From sequence record OK254197.1: a stretch of 64,000 nt of DNA; one strand, written 5' to 3'. Of this stretch, positions 39,098 to 45,862 are shown one piece after another. Both the position numbers and the translations under genes were made by a program. Numbering within the stretch: the stretch's first letter is position 1; each line of letters opens with the position of its first letter. This DNA comes from Escherichia phage PNJ1902. The notes beneath the pieces were generated by a model. The model was not told the DNA's origin. It searched no databases and was given only the letters and a program-made list of their open reading frames with translations.

Positions 39098-39174
39098 GCG
39101 ACAGGGGCTGGCTTGGTAATGGTACTCCCCTGTCACGGGAGAGAATGTGGGTTCGAATCCCATCGGTCGCGCCA
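39098..39174 (+). tRNA. tRNA-Asp (anticodon GUC)
   Basis: Anticodon stem CTCCC/GGGAG loop CTGTCAC, T-arm GTGGG-TTCGAAT-CCCAT, CCA. Confidence 0.6.
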
Positions 39175-39200
39175 AATTAAACTAGCACGAGAAATATGCT

Positions 39201-39548
39201 ATGATTAATGCTAAAGAAGAGTTGTTACTTGCCCTAAAGAATACTAATTCTGAAGTTAAGTGTATTAAGATAGAATTCGGTTATTATGGAGACAAAGAAG
39301 TTTGGGTATTGCCCGTAGGTTATACAGAAAAAGATATTGAAGATTTTCTAAATAATCTAGACTTTAAATATGACTCGGGTTTCGGTGGACAATTGCTTTA
39401 TGGTAACGTATGGTTTACTGATGGAACTTGGTTAGAACGTGGTGAATATGATGGTTCTGAATGGTGGGAGTATAAGACTACACCAGCAATCCCTGAGGAA
39501 TGCCGAACAATTAATGGTGAAGTAGATAATACTTTACGGTTAAACTAA
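39201..39548 (+). CDS. Hypothetical protein
   Basis: 115 aa ORF. Confidence 0.55.
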   Translation: MINAKEELLLALKNTNSEVKCIKIEFGYYGDKEVWVLPVGYTEKDIEDFLNNLDFKYDSGFGGQLLYGNVWFTDGTWLERGEYDGSEWWEYKTTPAIPEECRTINGEVDNTLRLN

Positions 39549-39553
39549 TAAAA

Positions 39554-39660
39554 TTTCAGTGCAGAACACGGAGCTAGCAATTCGGAAGTGCTGACTCATG
39601 ATAAGCTGCCTATGTACTTGCGAAGCGGTCGTGTCCAAGACTCGGACTCTTGCACTGAAA
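39554..39660 (+). ncRNA. Hairpin-closed structured element (candidate small RNA)
   Basis: 10-bp terminal inverted repeat TTTCAGTGCA/TGCACTGAAA enclosing ~87 nt, no ORF. Confidence 0.3.
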
Positions 39661-39670
39661 ACAATCAAAC

Positions 39671-39791
39671 ATTCTAGCGTGGTTGATGGGGAAACCAGCT
39701 TGGCTAGGGCAGAAGCTCGTTCGATTCGAGTGAAAGAATGGTTCTCGTAAGTCCGCACAAGTGATAACAGGTTCGAGTCCTGTCTAGAATG
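39671..39791 (+). ncRNA. tRNA-like cloverleaf with ~48-nt insertion in the anticodon loop
   Basis: Perfect 7-bp acceptor ATTCTAG/CTAGAAT, D stem TGGT/ACCA, anticodon stem GCTTG/CAAGT enclosing 55 nt, T-arm ACAGG-TTCGAGT-CCTGT. Confidence 0.4.
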
Positions 39792-39806
39792 ACACTATAA
39801 AGTTTA

Positions 39807-39920
39807 CTTATTATGTAGGTTCCGATAGATCGGCGGGTCTATTCTGGCATTTAAGAGAGGTCTCGCAAACTTCTTTGTCAGCCGTGGGGTTGGTAGCCTC
39901 CAGGTGGCCTACACAATAAG
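39807..39920 (+). ncRNA. Hairpin-closed structured element (candidate small RNA)
   Basis: 13-bp inverted repeat CTTATTATGTAGG/CCTACACAATAAG (12/13 match) enclosing ~88 nt with internal CCGATAGATCGG hairpin. Confidence 0.3.
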
Positions 39921-39940
39921 TAAATTTATTAAAAATTCAT

Positions 39941-39969
39941 TTGCTATTCTGCTTAATTCTCTGTATAAT
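39941..39969 (+). promoter_or_regulatory. sigma70 promoter (T5 early type)
   Basis: TTGCTA-17-TATAAT. Confidence 0.7.
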
Positions 39970-40001
39970 ATATTTTATAAAGTGAAGAGAAGGAAAGCAA
40001 A

Positions 40002-40160
40002 ATGAAACACAAGATAGCTCAAGTTTTTATGGCATTATGGTGTATGCCAGTAGCTATAACAGCATTTAATCTAGATACTTTTACTATAGAAGAAAAATGT
40101 ATCGGGTTAGTTAGCGGCTTTAGTATGCTGGGCTTATCCTTGTTGTGGTTGAAGAAATAA
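40002..40160 (+). CDS. Small hydrophobic protein
   Basis: 52 aa ORF with RBS AGGAAAG, hydrophobic core; below table cutoff. Confidence 0.4.
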   Translation: MKHKIAQVFMALWCMPVAITAFNLDTFTIEEKCIGLVSGFSMLGLSLLWLKK

Positions 40161-40164
40161 TATT

Positions 40165-40242
40165 CTCCGTGTAGCTCAGTTTGGCCAGAGCGTTTCGTTT
40201 GGGGCGATAGGGTCGGGGGTTCAAATCCTCCCACGGAGACCA
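40165..40242 (+). tRNA. tRNA-Pro (anticodon UGG)
   Basis: Acceptor CTCCGTG/CACGGAG, D arm GCTC...GAGC, loop TTTGGGG, T-loop TTCAAAT, CCA. Confidence 0.55.
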
Positions 40243-40248
40243 AACAAT

Positions 40249-40326
40249 TGCGGGTTAGATCTCTGGTAGAGATCGCTAGTCTCATAAGCTAGAAAGAGGT
40301 AGGTTCGATTCCTGCACCCGCTTCCA
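40249..40326 (+). tRNA. tRNA with CAU anticodon and unpaired 1:72 (initiator-like), tentative
   Basis: Acceptor TGCGGGT/ACCCGCT with U1-U72 mismatch, D stem GATC/GATC, anticodon stem CTAGT/GCTAG loop CTCATAA, CCA. Confidence 0.5.
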
Positions 40327-40346
40327 TTTTAATAGAGGATTTCGAA

Positions 40347-40514
40347 ATGAAAGTATTTCGATTAGTAGTAAGTGACAAACGTTTAGGTAAGAATACATCA
40401 AAATCCTTAATCGCTCATTACGGTAAAAATTGGGATGAAGTAATGGCAGAGTTTAATACTAATCACCCTTACTTGAAAGTTCACTCTATTAAAGAAGTAT
40501 ACAATGGTTACTAA
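40347..40514 (+). CDS. Small hypothetical protein
   Basis: 55 aa ORF with RBS GAGGA; below table cutoff. Confidence 0.35.
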   Translation: MKVFRLVVSDKRLGKNTSKSLIAHYGKNWDEVMAEFNTNHPYLKVHSIKEVYNGY

Positions 40515-40515
40515 T

Positions 40516-40594
40516 AGATCGCTAGCTCAATAGGTTTAGTAGCATCCGACTTTTAATCGGAAGGTTCTGGGTTCGAGTCCCAGGCGATCTACCA
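40516..40594 (+). tRNA. tRNA-Lys (anticodon UUU)
   Basis: Acceptor AGATCGC/GCGATCT, anticodon stem TCCGA/TCGGA loop CTTTTAA, T-arm CTGGG-TTCGAGT-CCCAG, CCA. Confidence 0.6.
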
Positions 40595-40612
40595 ATTTCA
40601 AGAAAAACGCAG

Positions 40613-40641
40613 TTGCTTGATGCTTAATTTCTTGTTATAAT
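40613..40641 (+). promoter_or_regulatory. sigma70 promoter
   Basis: TTGCTT-17-TATAAT; followed by ~230 nt ORF-free transcribed spacer. Confidence 0.65.
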
Positions 40642-40879
40642 ATTTATATAAATTGATGAGGAGAGATCCTCATCATAGTTCACTAAGGTATTAGCTCGAC
40701 CTAGGACTGGCTGCCAAAAAGCACGATCCCTTCTACTTGGGAGAAGTTCTAGATTAGTCCACTAGATTCAGCGGCAACTGAATAGTGTATCGGGTTTGCG
40801 AGATGACGCAGTTCCTTCCGCTCGAAGCGAAGGTGCTGTAGTTACGCCGAGCTAATAGCCTTAGTAAACTAAAGATTTT

Positions 40880-40954
40880 GGGCGGTTAGTTTATCTGGGA
40901 AAATACCTGACTTGCACTCAGGAGTGAGGAGTTCGACTCTCCTACTGTCCACCA
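40880..40954 (+). tRNA. tRNA-Ala (anticodon UGC)
   Basis: Anticodon stem CCTGA/TCAGG loop CTTGCAC, T-arm AGGAG-TTCGACT-CTCCT, CCA. Confidence 0.6.
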
Positions 40955-40972
40955 AATTAAAGGGTATGTAGT

Positions 40973-41473
40973 ATGAAGGTAGCTAAAAATGGGAGAAAAG
41001 ATAACTTAAATGAGTTAGAAATATTCCTCCACAATAACAAACTAGACGTAACCGCTAGTAATTACATGCAAATAGCTCTATGGTATAATGGGTATATAGT
41101 TAGGAAGGCCAATCCTAGTAAGGATAAGAAGTCAAATACATACCAAAAGAGACTAGAGCATAGCTATCAAAGATCCCTAAGAGTAGTACAGCTTTATTGT
41201 TATATCAATAATATAAATAATAAGCTGGGATATATTTATATAATATCTAATCCAGCTTTTCCAGGCTGGTTTAAAGTAGGAGCAGCCAAAGATGCTGAGA
41301 CTAGATTAAATACCTATCAAACATACTCCCCTTTTCGGGACTATGTATTAGAGTATTATAAACTAGTAGATAATTATGAACTCAAAGAAAAAGAAATCCT
41401 AAGTTCTTTTTCATCTAGAAATAATGAGTGGGTTCATGCTCCACTTGAAGAAATAATTGCTTGCGTGGCGTAA
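40973..41473 (+). CDS. T5orf172-domain (GIY-YIG-like) protein
   Basis: 166 aa; GYIYIISNP...KVGAA...RLNTYQT motif; 3' end overlaps tRNA-Leu start by ~15 nt. Confidence 0.55.
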   Translation: MKVAKNGRKDNLNELEIFLHNNKLDVTASNYMQIALWYNGYIVRKANPSKDKKSNTYQKRLEHSYQRSLRVVQLYCYINNINNKLGYIYIISNPAFPGWFKVGAAKDAETRLNTYQTYSPFRDYVLEYYKLVDNYELKEKEILSSFSSRNNEWVHAPLEEIIACVA

Positions 41474-41541
41474 TTGGTAGACGCGCGATCCTTAGGAGTT
41501 CGTGTTAATTCGTGTGGGTTCGAGTCCCTCCGCAAGCACCA
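41459..41541 (+). tRNA. tRNA-Leu (anticodon UAG), class II
   Basis: Perfect acceptor GCTTGCG/CGCAAGC, Leu-type D arm, loop CTTAGGA, long variable arm, A73, CCA. Confidence 0.55.
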
Positions 41542-41653
41542 AATTTGATGGTCAGAGTAAATTAAACCTACTATCTCGGTTGAGCTGTTTTAATGGGTTC
41601 GAATCCCAGCGAGGCGTAACTGCCTGGTGTGATAGGGGCATCATCTTATTATT

Positions 41654-41744
41654 GGAAGAGCAAATCGAATTGGCGACGAAAACCGCTTGGAAAGTGGCTG
41701 ACTGGTAAAACGGCTTGAGAGTTCAAATCTCTCCTCTTCCGCCA
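41654..41744 (+). tRNA. tRNA-Ser (anticodon GGA), class II
   Basis: Acceptor GGAAGAG/CTCTTCC, loop TTGGAAA, ~18-nt variable arm, T-arm GAGAG-TTCAAAT-CTCTC, G73, CCA. Confidence 0.5.
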
Positions 41745-41757
41745 AACAATTTATATG

Positions 41758-41851
41758 GTAGGTCAATCCAACGGCTGGCGCTGGACTCCGACTTGAAATC
41801 GGTTGATCGTAGTGATACGGTGTAAGGGTTCGATCCCCTTACCTACCTCCA
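41758..41851 (+). tRNA. tRNA-Ser (anticodon UGA), class II
   Basis: Perfect acceptor GGTAGGT/ACCTACC, loop CTTGAAA, long variable arm, T-loop TTCGATC, CCA. Confidence 0.5.
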
Positions 41852-41856
41852 AATCT

Positions 41857-41988
41857 TGAAGTATGCCGGAATTGGTAGACGGGGCTGCCTAAAAGGTTTA
41901 TAGAGAACATCCACTCTCTACAACATACCTCATAAAGCGGCTGAGATAAATGGTCTATCTCGTGAAGGTTCAAGTCCTTCTGCTTCTT
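41857..41988 (+). ncRNA. Class II tRNA-like cloverleaf with ~41-nt insertion in the anticodon loop
   Basis: Acceptor TGAAGTA/TGCTTCT (6/7, U1-U72), U8-G9, Leu-type D arm, anticodon stem GCTGC/GCGGC enclosing 48 nt, variable hairpin GAGATA...TATCTC, T-arm GAAGG-TTCAAGT-CCTTC; no encoded CCA. Confidence 0.4.
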
Positions 41989-42102
41989 GATACATCTATG
42001 GCTCAAAGTGTAACGGTGCTATTTGATGCTCTTAGTAAGACTTCCCCGACATGCGTTCGGGAGTAAGCTGCTAAGGCTAGGGTAGAAGAGTTTCGGAGAG
42101 CC

Positions 42103-42222
42103 GCCACAATTGAAAATTCGTACTCGTCTTGAGCTGCGTGCAATAGGAGATAACTTGATTAGTATTCTAGAACATGCTAATTGAGGAAGGTTTCGCTAAC
42201 CCTGCGAGTTTTCAATTGTGGC
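42103..42222 (+). ncRNA. Hairpin-closed structured element abutting tRNA-His
   Basis: 14-bp perfect inverted repeat GCCACAATTGAAAA/TTTTCAATTGTGGC enclosing ~92 nt; right arm overlaps tRNA-His 5' end. Confidence 0.3.
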
Positions 42223-42294
42223 TATATCATAATTGGTTAATGATCCTGATTGTGAATCAGGCCTATGTGGATTCGAATTCCACTAGCCACCCCA
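42218..42294 (+). tRNA. tRNA-His (anticodon GUG)
   Basis: Perfect acceptor GTGGCTA/TAGCCAC, anticodon stem CCTGA/TCAGG loop TTGTGAA, T-arm GTGGA-TTCGAAT-TCCAC, C73, CCA. Confidence 0.6.
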
Positions 42295-42319
42295 AATTAA
42301 CTTAAATAGGAAATAAAAT

Positions 42320-42514
42320 ATGGCTGATTTCTGCAAACAATGCTCCATTGATATGTGGGGCAGAGATACTGGTGATCTTTCTGGTTTGATTACAGAAGCT
42401 GAAGTTAAAGAAGGCTACGGTGCTGTTGTGATTTGCGAGGGATGCGGAGTTATTCGAGTAGATCATGAAGGCAAACGTTTGGAAGAATCTGAGCCAACAA
42501 CAATTTTTCCGTAG
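42320..42514 (+). CDS. Cys-rich small protein
   Basis: 64 aa; CxxC...CxxC; RBS GGAAATAAAATATG. Confidence 0.5.
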   Translation: MADFCKQCSIDMWGRDTGDLSGLITEAEVKEGYGAVVICEGCGVIRVDHEGKRLEESEPTTIFP

Positions 42515-42526
42515 AATAAAAATTAT

Positions 42527-42602
42527 TGGGATGTAGATCAATTGGCAGATCGTCGGCCTCTGACTCCGAAGGTTCCACGTTCGATCCGTGGCATCCCAGC
42601 CA
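42527..42602 (+). tRNA. tRNA-Gln (anticodon CUG)
   Basis: Perfect acceptor TGGGATG/CATCCCA, D stem GATC/GATC, loop CTCTGAC, T-arm CCACG-TTCGATC-CGTGG, CCA. Confidence 0.6.
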
Positions 42603-42608
42603 AATAAT

Positions 42609-42684
42609 TGGAGAGTAGTGTAACGGTTAGCACAACGGCCTTTGACTCCGTTAATGGTAGGTTCGATTCCTCCTTCTCCAGCCA
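42609..42684 (+). tRNA. tRNA-Gln (anticodon UUG)
   Basis: Acceptor TGGAGAG/TTCTCCA, anticodon stem ACGGC/TCCGT loop CTTTGAC, T-loop TTCGATT, CCA. Confidence 0.55.
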
Positions 42685-42692
42685 AACAATAA

Positions 42693-42768
42693 GCGGTTAA
42701 GCACACGGGTTGTGCCGCAGGCCTTCCAAGCCTCGCTGAGTAGGGTTCGATTCCCTCTAGCCGCTCCA
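42693..42768 (+). tRNA. tRNA-Gly (anticodon UCC)
   Basis: Anticodon arm GGCCTTCCAAGCC as in E. coli tRNA-Gly(UCC), 3' end GCTCCA. Confidence 0.6.
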
Positions 42769-42784
42769 ACTTTAAGGAAACGTT

Positions 42785-43039
42785 ATGCACGTTTTTGAAT
42801 TTCGTAATAAAAGTACCGATAAACGAGTTATTGTTATTGGGGAAACATACCGAGCATACGAACAAACTGACGGCTCTGTTATCCTGAATGATGAGAAAGG
42901 AGGTTTTAGCTTTTATCCAGAAGAACCTTATGAAGAGTTTCGAAAACAATTTAACCTAGACTGGAGAAAGCATTTAAACACTGTTGCTTCATCTGTAATA
43001 CTGCCAACTACCAGTACTGAGTCCTCTAATGGCCGATAA
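42785..43039 (+). CDS. Hypothetical protein
   Basis: 84 aa ORF with RBS AAGGAAACG. Confidence 0.5.
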   Translation: MHVFEFRNKSTDKRVIVIGETYRAYEQTDGSVILNDEKGGFSFYPEEPYEEFRKQFNLDWRKHLNTVASSVILPTTSTESSNGR

Positions 43040-43193
43040 CCTAAAAGTAAAGATCGATAAACAAAAGAAACGTGTAGAAGTAGAGATTGGTGAAGAACGT
43101 GTAGCCTTCACCTTTGAATTTCTACAACAAATGGCAATGACAGTTATGACTGACAAGTCTCCTATTATTGAAAAAGAAATCCCGTTGGAATAA
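43029..43193 (+). CDS. Small hypothetical protein
   Basis: 54 aa ORF overlapping previous stop; below table cutoff. Confidence 0.35.
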   Translation: MADNLKVKIDKQKKRVEVEIGEERVAFTFEFLQQMAMTVMTDKSPIIEKEIPLE

Positions 43194-43201
43194 CGGGTTC
43201 T

Positions 43202-43288
43202 GCTGGGTTGGCAGAATGGTTGAATGCACCTGATTTGTAATCAGGAGGAGTAATCCCGTTGCAGGTTCGAATCCTGTGCCCAGCACCA
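43202..43288 (+). tRNA. tRNA with class II architecture (15-nt variable arm, A73) but apparent UGU anticodon
   Basis: Acceptor GCTGGGT/GCCCAGC, 3-bp D stem with 11-nt loop, anticodon stem CCTGA/TCAGG loop TTTGTAA, T-arm GCAGG-TTCGAAT-CCTGT, CCA. Confidence 0.4.
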
Positions 43289-43302
43289 ATTTAAGGATTA
43301 GT

Positions 43303-43470
43303 ATGTTTAAACTCCTAGTAGTTATCTGGTATAGCCAATCAAACAGAGCTAATACCTCTCACGTTATAGACTTTAATACTAAAAATGAAGCTGAAGAAGC
43401 ATATGCTAATTTAATACAACGTAATAAAGAATCTCGTAGTATAGTTTATGAAGTGACTAAACTTTATTAA
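43303..43470 (+). CDS. Hypothetical protein
   Basis: 55 aa from ATG 43303 with RBS AAGGA. Confidence 0.4.
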   Translation: MFKLLVVIWYSQSNRANTSHVIDFNTKNEAEEAYANLIQRNKESRSIVYEVTKLY

Positions 43471-43478
43471 AAATTCAT

Positions 43479-43507
43479 TTGCCTTCTCTCTTATTTCTTG
43501 TTATAAT
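43479..43507 (+). promoter_or_regulatory. sigma70 promoter (T5 early type)
   Basis: TTGCCT-17-TATAAT + ATAAATTAATGAGAGG leader. Confidence 0.65.
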
Positions 43508-43537
43508 ATTTATATAAATTAATGAGAGGGAAACCAA

Positions 43538-43831
43538 ATGAAACGTTATCTTTCTGTTATGTTCCAAACTGGTGGTCAACGCTATACTTATGAATTTCCT
43601 AGCTCTTGGAAGATCAAAGAAGGTGATCAAGTAGTAGTGTTAACACCGCGCGAGGGTTTCAAGGTAGTAACGGTTAAGCAAGTATTTCCAAAAGATCGTG
43701 AACCAGCTAAAGGCATTCGCTATAAGATGATTCATGGTGTAGTTCGTCAAGTACCACGAGCGGAAGTCGAAATCAAAGTAGATAAAGATGGTAAACTTAA
43801 ATATACCTCTTGCTTAGACGAGTTGCTATAA
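43538..43831 (+). CDS. Hypothetical protein
   Basis: 97 aa ORF. Confidence 0.55.
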   Translation: MKRYLSVMFQTGGQRYTYEFPSSWKIKEGDQVVVLTPREGFKVVTVKQVFPKDREPAKGIRYKMIHGVVRQVPRAEVEIKVDKDGKLKYTSCLDELL

Positions 43832-44037
43832 TGAGAATTACTTTCACAGAAAAGATTATGGGTAATGGTGTTATGATCATTACCGCATGGGATGGTAATC
43901 AGTGGTGTAGTGTTTCAGGTATTAAGCCTGAAGAACAAACACTAGAAAATATCTCAAAGATTAAGCGAAGAATGGCAGAACGTGCACGACTTCCAGGTGC
44001 GCCTAGAAATGGTAAACGTTCTGCAATTAAATATTAA
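43831..44037 (+). CDS. Hypothetical protein
   Basis: 68 aa from ATG 43831 (TAATG overlap). Confidence 0.45.
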   Translation: MRITFTEKIMGNGVMIITAWDGNQWCSVSGIKPEEQTLENISKIKRRMAERARLPGAPRNGKRSAIKY

Positions 44038-44038
44038 T

Positions 44039-44115
44039 GCTTCGGTAGCTTAGCGATCTAAAGCACTCGGCTGATAACCGAGAGATCGGGGGTTTAAATC
44101 CCTCCCGGAGTACCA
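44039..44115 (+). tRNA. tRNA-Ile (anticodon GAU)
   Basis: Acceptor GCTTCGG/CCGGAGT, anticodon stem CTCGG/CCGAG loop CTGATAA, unusual T-loop TTTAAAT, CCA. Confidence 0.55.
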
Positions 44116-44211
44116 AATTTAGGAATTAAGACTATGCGTCCAGGAAAGTTTAAAAAAGCTAATTGGTCTAAAGAGTATAAAGAATACTTACTTAGTCTAG
44201 TAAAACATAAC

Positions 44212-44287
44212 AGTTAGTTGGCAGAGTGGTTATGCACCTCCTTCATACGGAGCGACTACAGTGGTTCAAATCCACTACTAACTACCA
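44212..44287 (+). tRNA. tRNA with CAU anticodon (Met or Ile2)
   Basis: Perfect acceptor AGTTAGT/ACTAACT, loop TTCATAC, T-arm AGTGG-TTCAAAT-CCACT, CCA. Confidence 0.55.
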
Positions 44288-44324
44288 TTAAAATAGCTAG
44301 AGATAGCTAAATTTAGGAGCAGCT

Positions 44325-44519
44325 ATGTTAACAATTAAAATAATGTCAGCCAAGAATGGTGAACATATCCATACGGGCAAAAGCGTAAGCTTTAATCCTA
44401 GAAATAAGAGATTGGCTATAGTTGGAGTAGATCAAGCCATCTTTTTAAAAGAAGATGAAGTAGCATACGTCATGAACCAAACTGGTAAGACAGTTTCCGT
44501 ATACTATGGAAAAGTATAA
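44325..44519 (+). CDS. Hypothetical protein
   Basis: 64 aa ORF with RBS AGGAGC. Confidence 0.5.
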   Translation: MLTIKIMSAKNGEHIHTGKSVSFNPRNKRLAIVGVDQAIFLKEDEVAYVMNQTGKTVSVYYGKV

Positions 44520-44561
44520 AGAATAAAGAGCTGAGCCAAATTCTAACATCGGGGAGATCTA

Positions 44562-44930
44562 ATGAAAGCATATCAAAATCTTAAATCTGGCGTAATTAAC
44601 CTTGTTCATGAAAATCAGATTATTCAGCTATACTCCGACAATGGTGAACTTAAACAGAAAGTTCTAGTTGAAGATCTAGAAGGTATCACACCACAATTCG
44701 ATCCCGAAGCCTTCCGTGAAGTCAAAGTGGAAGTCGCCCCTCAAATCGAAGGTGGTCAGCACCTAAATGTCAATGTGTTAAGCCGTGATCAGCTTTTGGA
44801 TGCGCAGAAACATCCTGAAAAATATCCTCAGTTGACCATCCGTGTTTCCGGGTACGCTGTACGTTTTAATGCACTGACTCGTGAACAGCAGAACGACGTT
44901 ATTAGTCGTACATTTACTCAGGCGATGTAA
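44562..44930 (+). CDS. Hypothetical protein
   Basis: 122 aa ORF with RBS GGGGAG. Confidence 0.55.
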   Translation: MKAYQNLKSGVINLVHENQIIQLYSDNGELKQKVLVEDLEGITPQFDPEAFREVKVEVAPQIEGGQHLNVNVLSRDQLLDAQKHPEKYPQLTIRVSGYAVRFNALTREQQNDVISRTFTQAM

Positions 44931-45011
44931 TGGGGTTTGGATACGATTTCTACCAGCTACGCAAGGTAGTCGAGCAAACTCCATTTATCTCCCAAGTTTT
45001 AGGAGAAATGT

Positions 45012-45317
45012 GTGGATCGAGCATTAAGACGCCATCACCGGCAACGTGTGAAGAACAACCGCAAGAAGTATTGGACAGTCTTTCCACATGAAGAAAGCCC
45101 TAAGCGGTTAGGTATTGTCACTACTACTCCTTGCATCTGTTCTTGTTGGATGTGTGGGAACCCTCGCAAATACTATAAGAATAGTAAAGCAGGCATGAAA
45201 ACCTCGGAGATCCGGAAAATGGAAGCGATGATTGCTGACATCACCTATACTGGTGGTATTTCAAATGATGAATTTGATGGCTTCGTGGCGTTCGAAGATG
45301 AACGCCCCGATCTGTAA
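45012..45317 (+). CDS. Cys-containing hypothetical protein
   Basis: 101 aa; probable GTG start 6 nt after AGGAG. Confidence 0.5.
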   Translation: MDRALRRHHRQRVKNNRKKYWTVFPHEESPKRLGIVTTTPCICSCWMCGNPRKYYKNSKAGMKTSEIRKMEAMIADITYTGGISNDEFDGFVAFEDERPDL

Positions 45318-45326
45318 TTAATAACA

Positions 45327-45362
45327 AACCCCAGCTATTGAATAAGTAGTCTGGGGTTTTTC
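45327..45362 (+). terminator. Intrinsic terminator
   Basis: AACCCCAG...CTGGGGTT hairpin + TTTTCT. Confidence 0.65.
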
Positions 45363-45438
45363 TGTATAAAGGTACATAATATATGTATAATAAAATTCAT
45401 CCACATTAGGTTAATTTAAAAGACTTAATGGAGGTAAT

Positions 45439-45786
45439 ATGAGCCGTACTTACCGTAAACAATCTGGTGATCAGTGGTGGAAGTCTAAAGAACAATTCTC
45501 TCAAGAATATTCTTTCCTCAAAGAAAATGGCTACTGGATTCGTGTTATTTATGCCAAATCTTGGGATGACATCAAGAAAGAAATGAAGGAAGCAACCATT
45601 CGTAATGAGAAAAAGGATGGTTATAACTGGAATTCTATTAGTAAGAATGTTAAGTGGCATTCTAATAAAATGGTTCGTCAAGGGAATCGTCAAGAACTCC
45701 ACCGCGTGATGAAAGATCCAGAAAATTATGACTATAATCGCGATCATGACATGCGTAAGCGTGGATTATGGTGGTGCTATGACTAA
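45439..45786 (+). CDS. Hypothetical protein
   Basis: 115 aa ORF with RBS GGAGGT. Confidence 0.55.
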   Translation: MSRTYRKQSGDQWWKSKEQFSQEYSFLKENGYWIRVIYAKSWDDIKKEMKEATIRNEKKDGYNWNSISKNVKWHSNKMVRQGNRQELHRVMKDPENYDYNRDHDMRKRGLWWCYD

Positions 45787-45803
45787 ATTCTGAAATAATT
45801 CAT

Positions 45804-45832
45804 TTGCTAAACCTCTCTTTTCTTGCTATAAT
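45804..45832 (+). promoter_or_regulatory. sigma70 promoter (T5 early type)
   Basis: TTGCTA-17-TATAAT. Confidence 0.7.
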
Positions 45833-45862
45833 ATGTTTATAAATTGATGAGAGAGGTTTGAA

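Noticed and set aside
39540-39758. 72-aa minus-strand ORF
   Set aside because: Overlaps the hairpin-closed element and the tRNA-like cloverleaf; wrong strand for the local transcription pattern.
40019-40285. 88-aa minus-strand ORF
   Set aside because: Antisense to tRNA-Pro and a CAU tRNA and overlaps a promoter-driven plus-strand small ORF; the protein reads like translated tRNA complement.
41502-41708. 68-aa plus-strand ORF
   Set aside because: Lies entirely within tRNA-Leu, the orphan T-arm region and tRNA-Ser(GGA); no RBS.
42302-42949. 215-aa minus-strand ORF
   Set aside because: Runs antisense across three tRNA genes and two plus-strand ORFs in a block that is otherwise entirely plus-strand; no promoter or RBS; judged a chance ORF.
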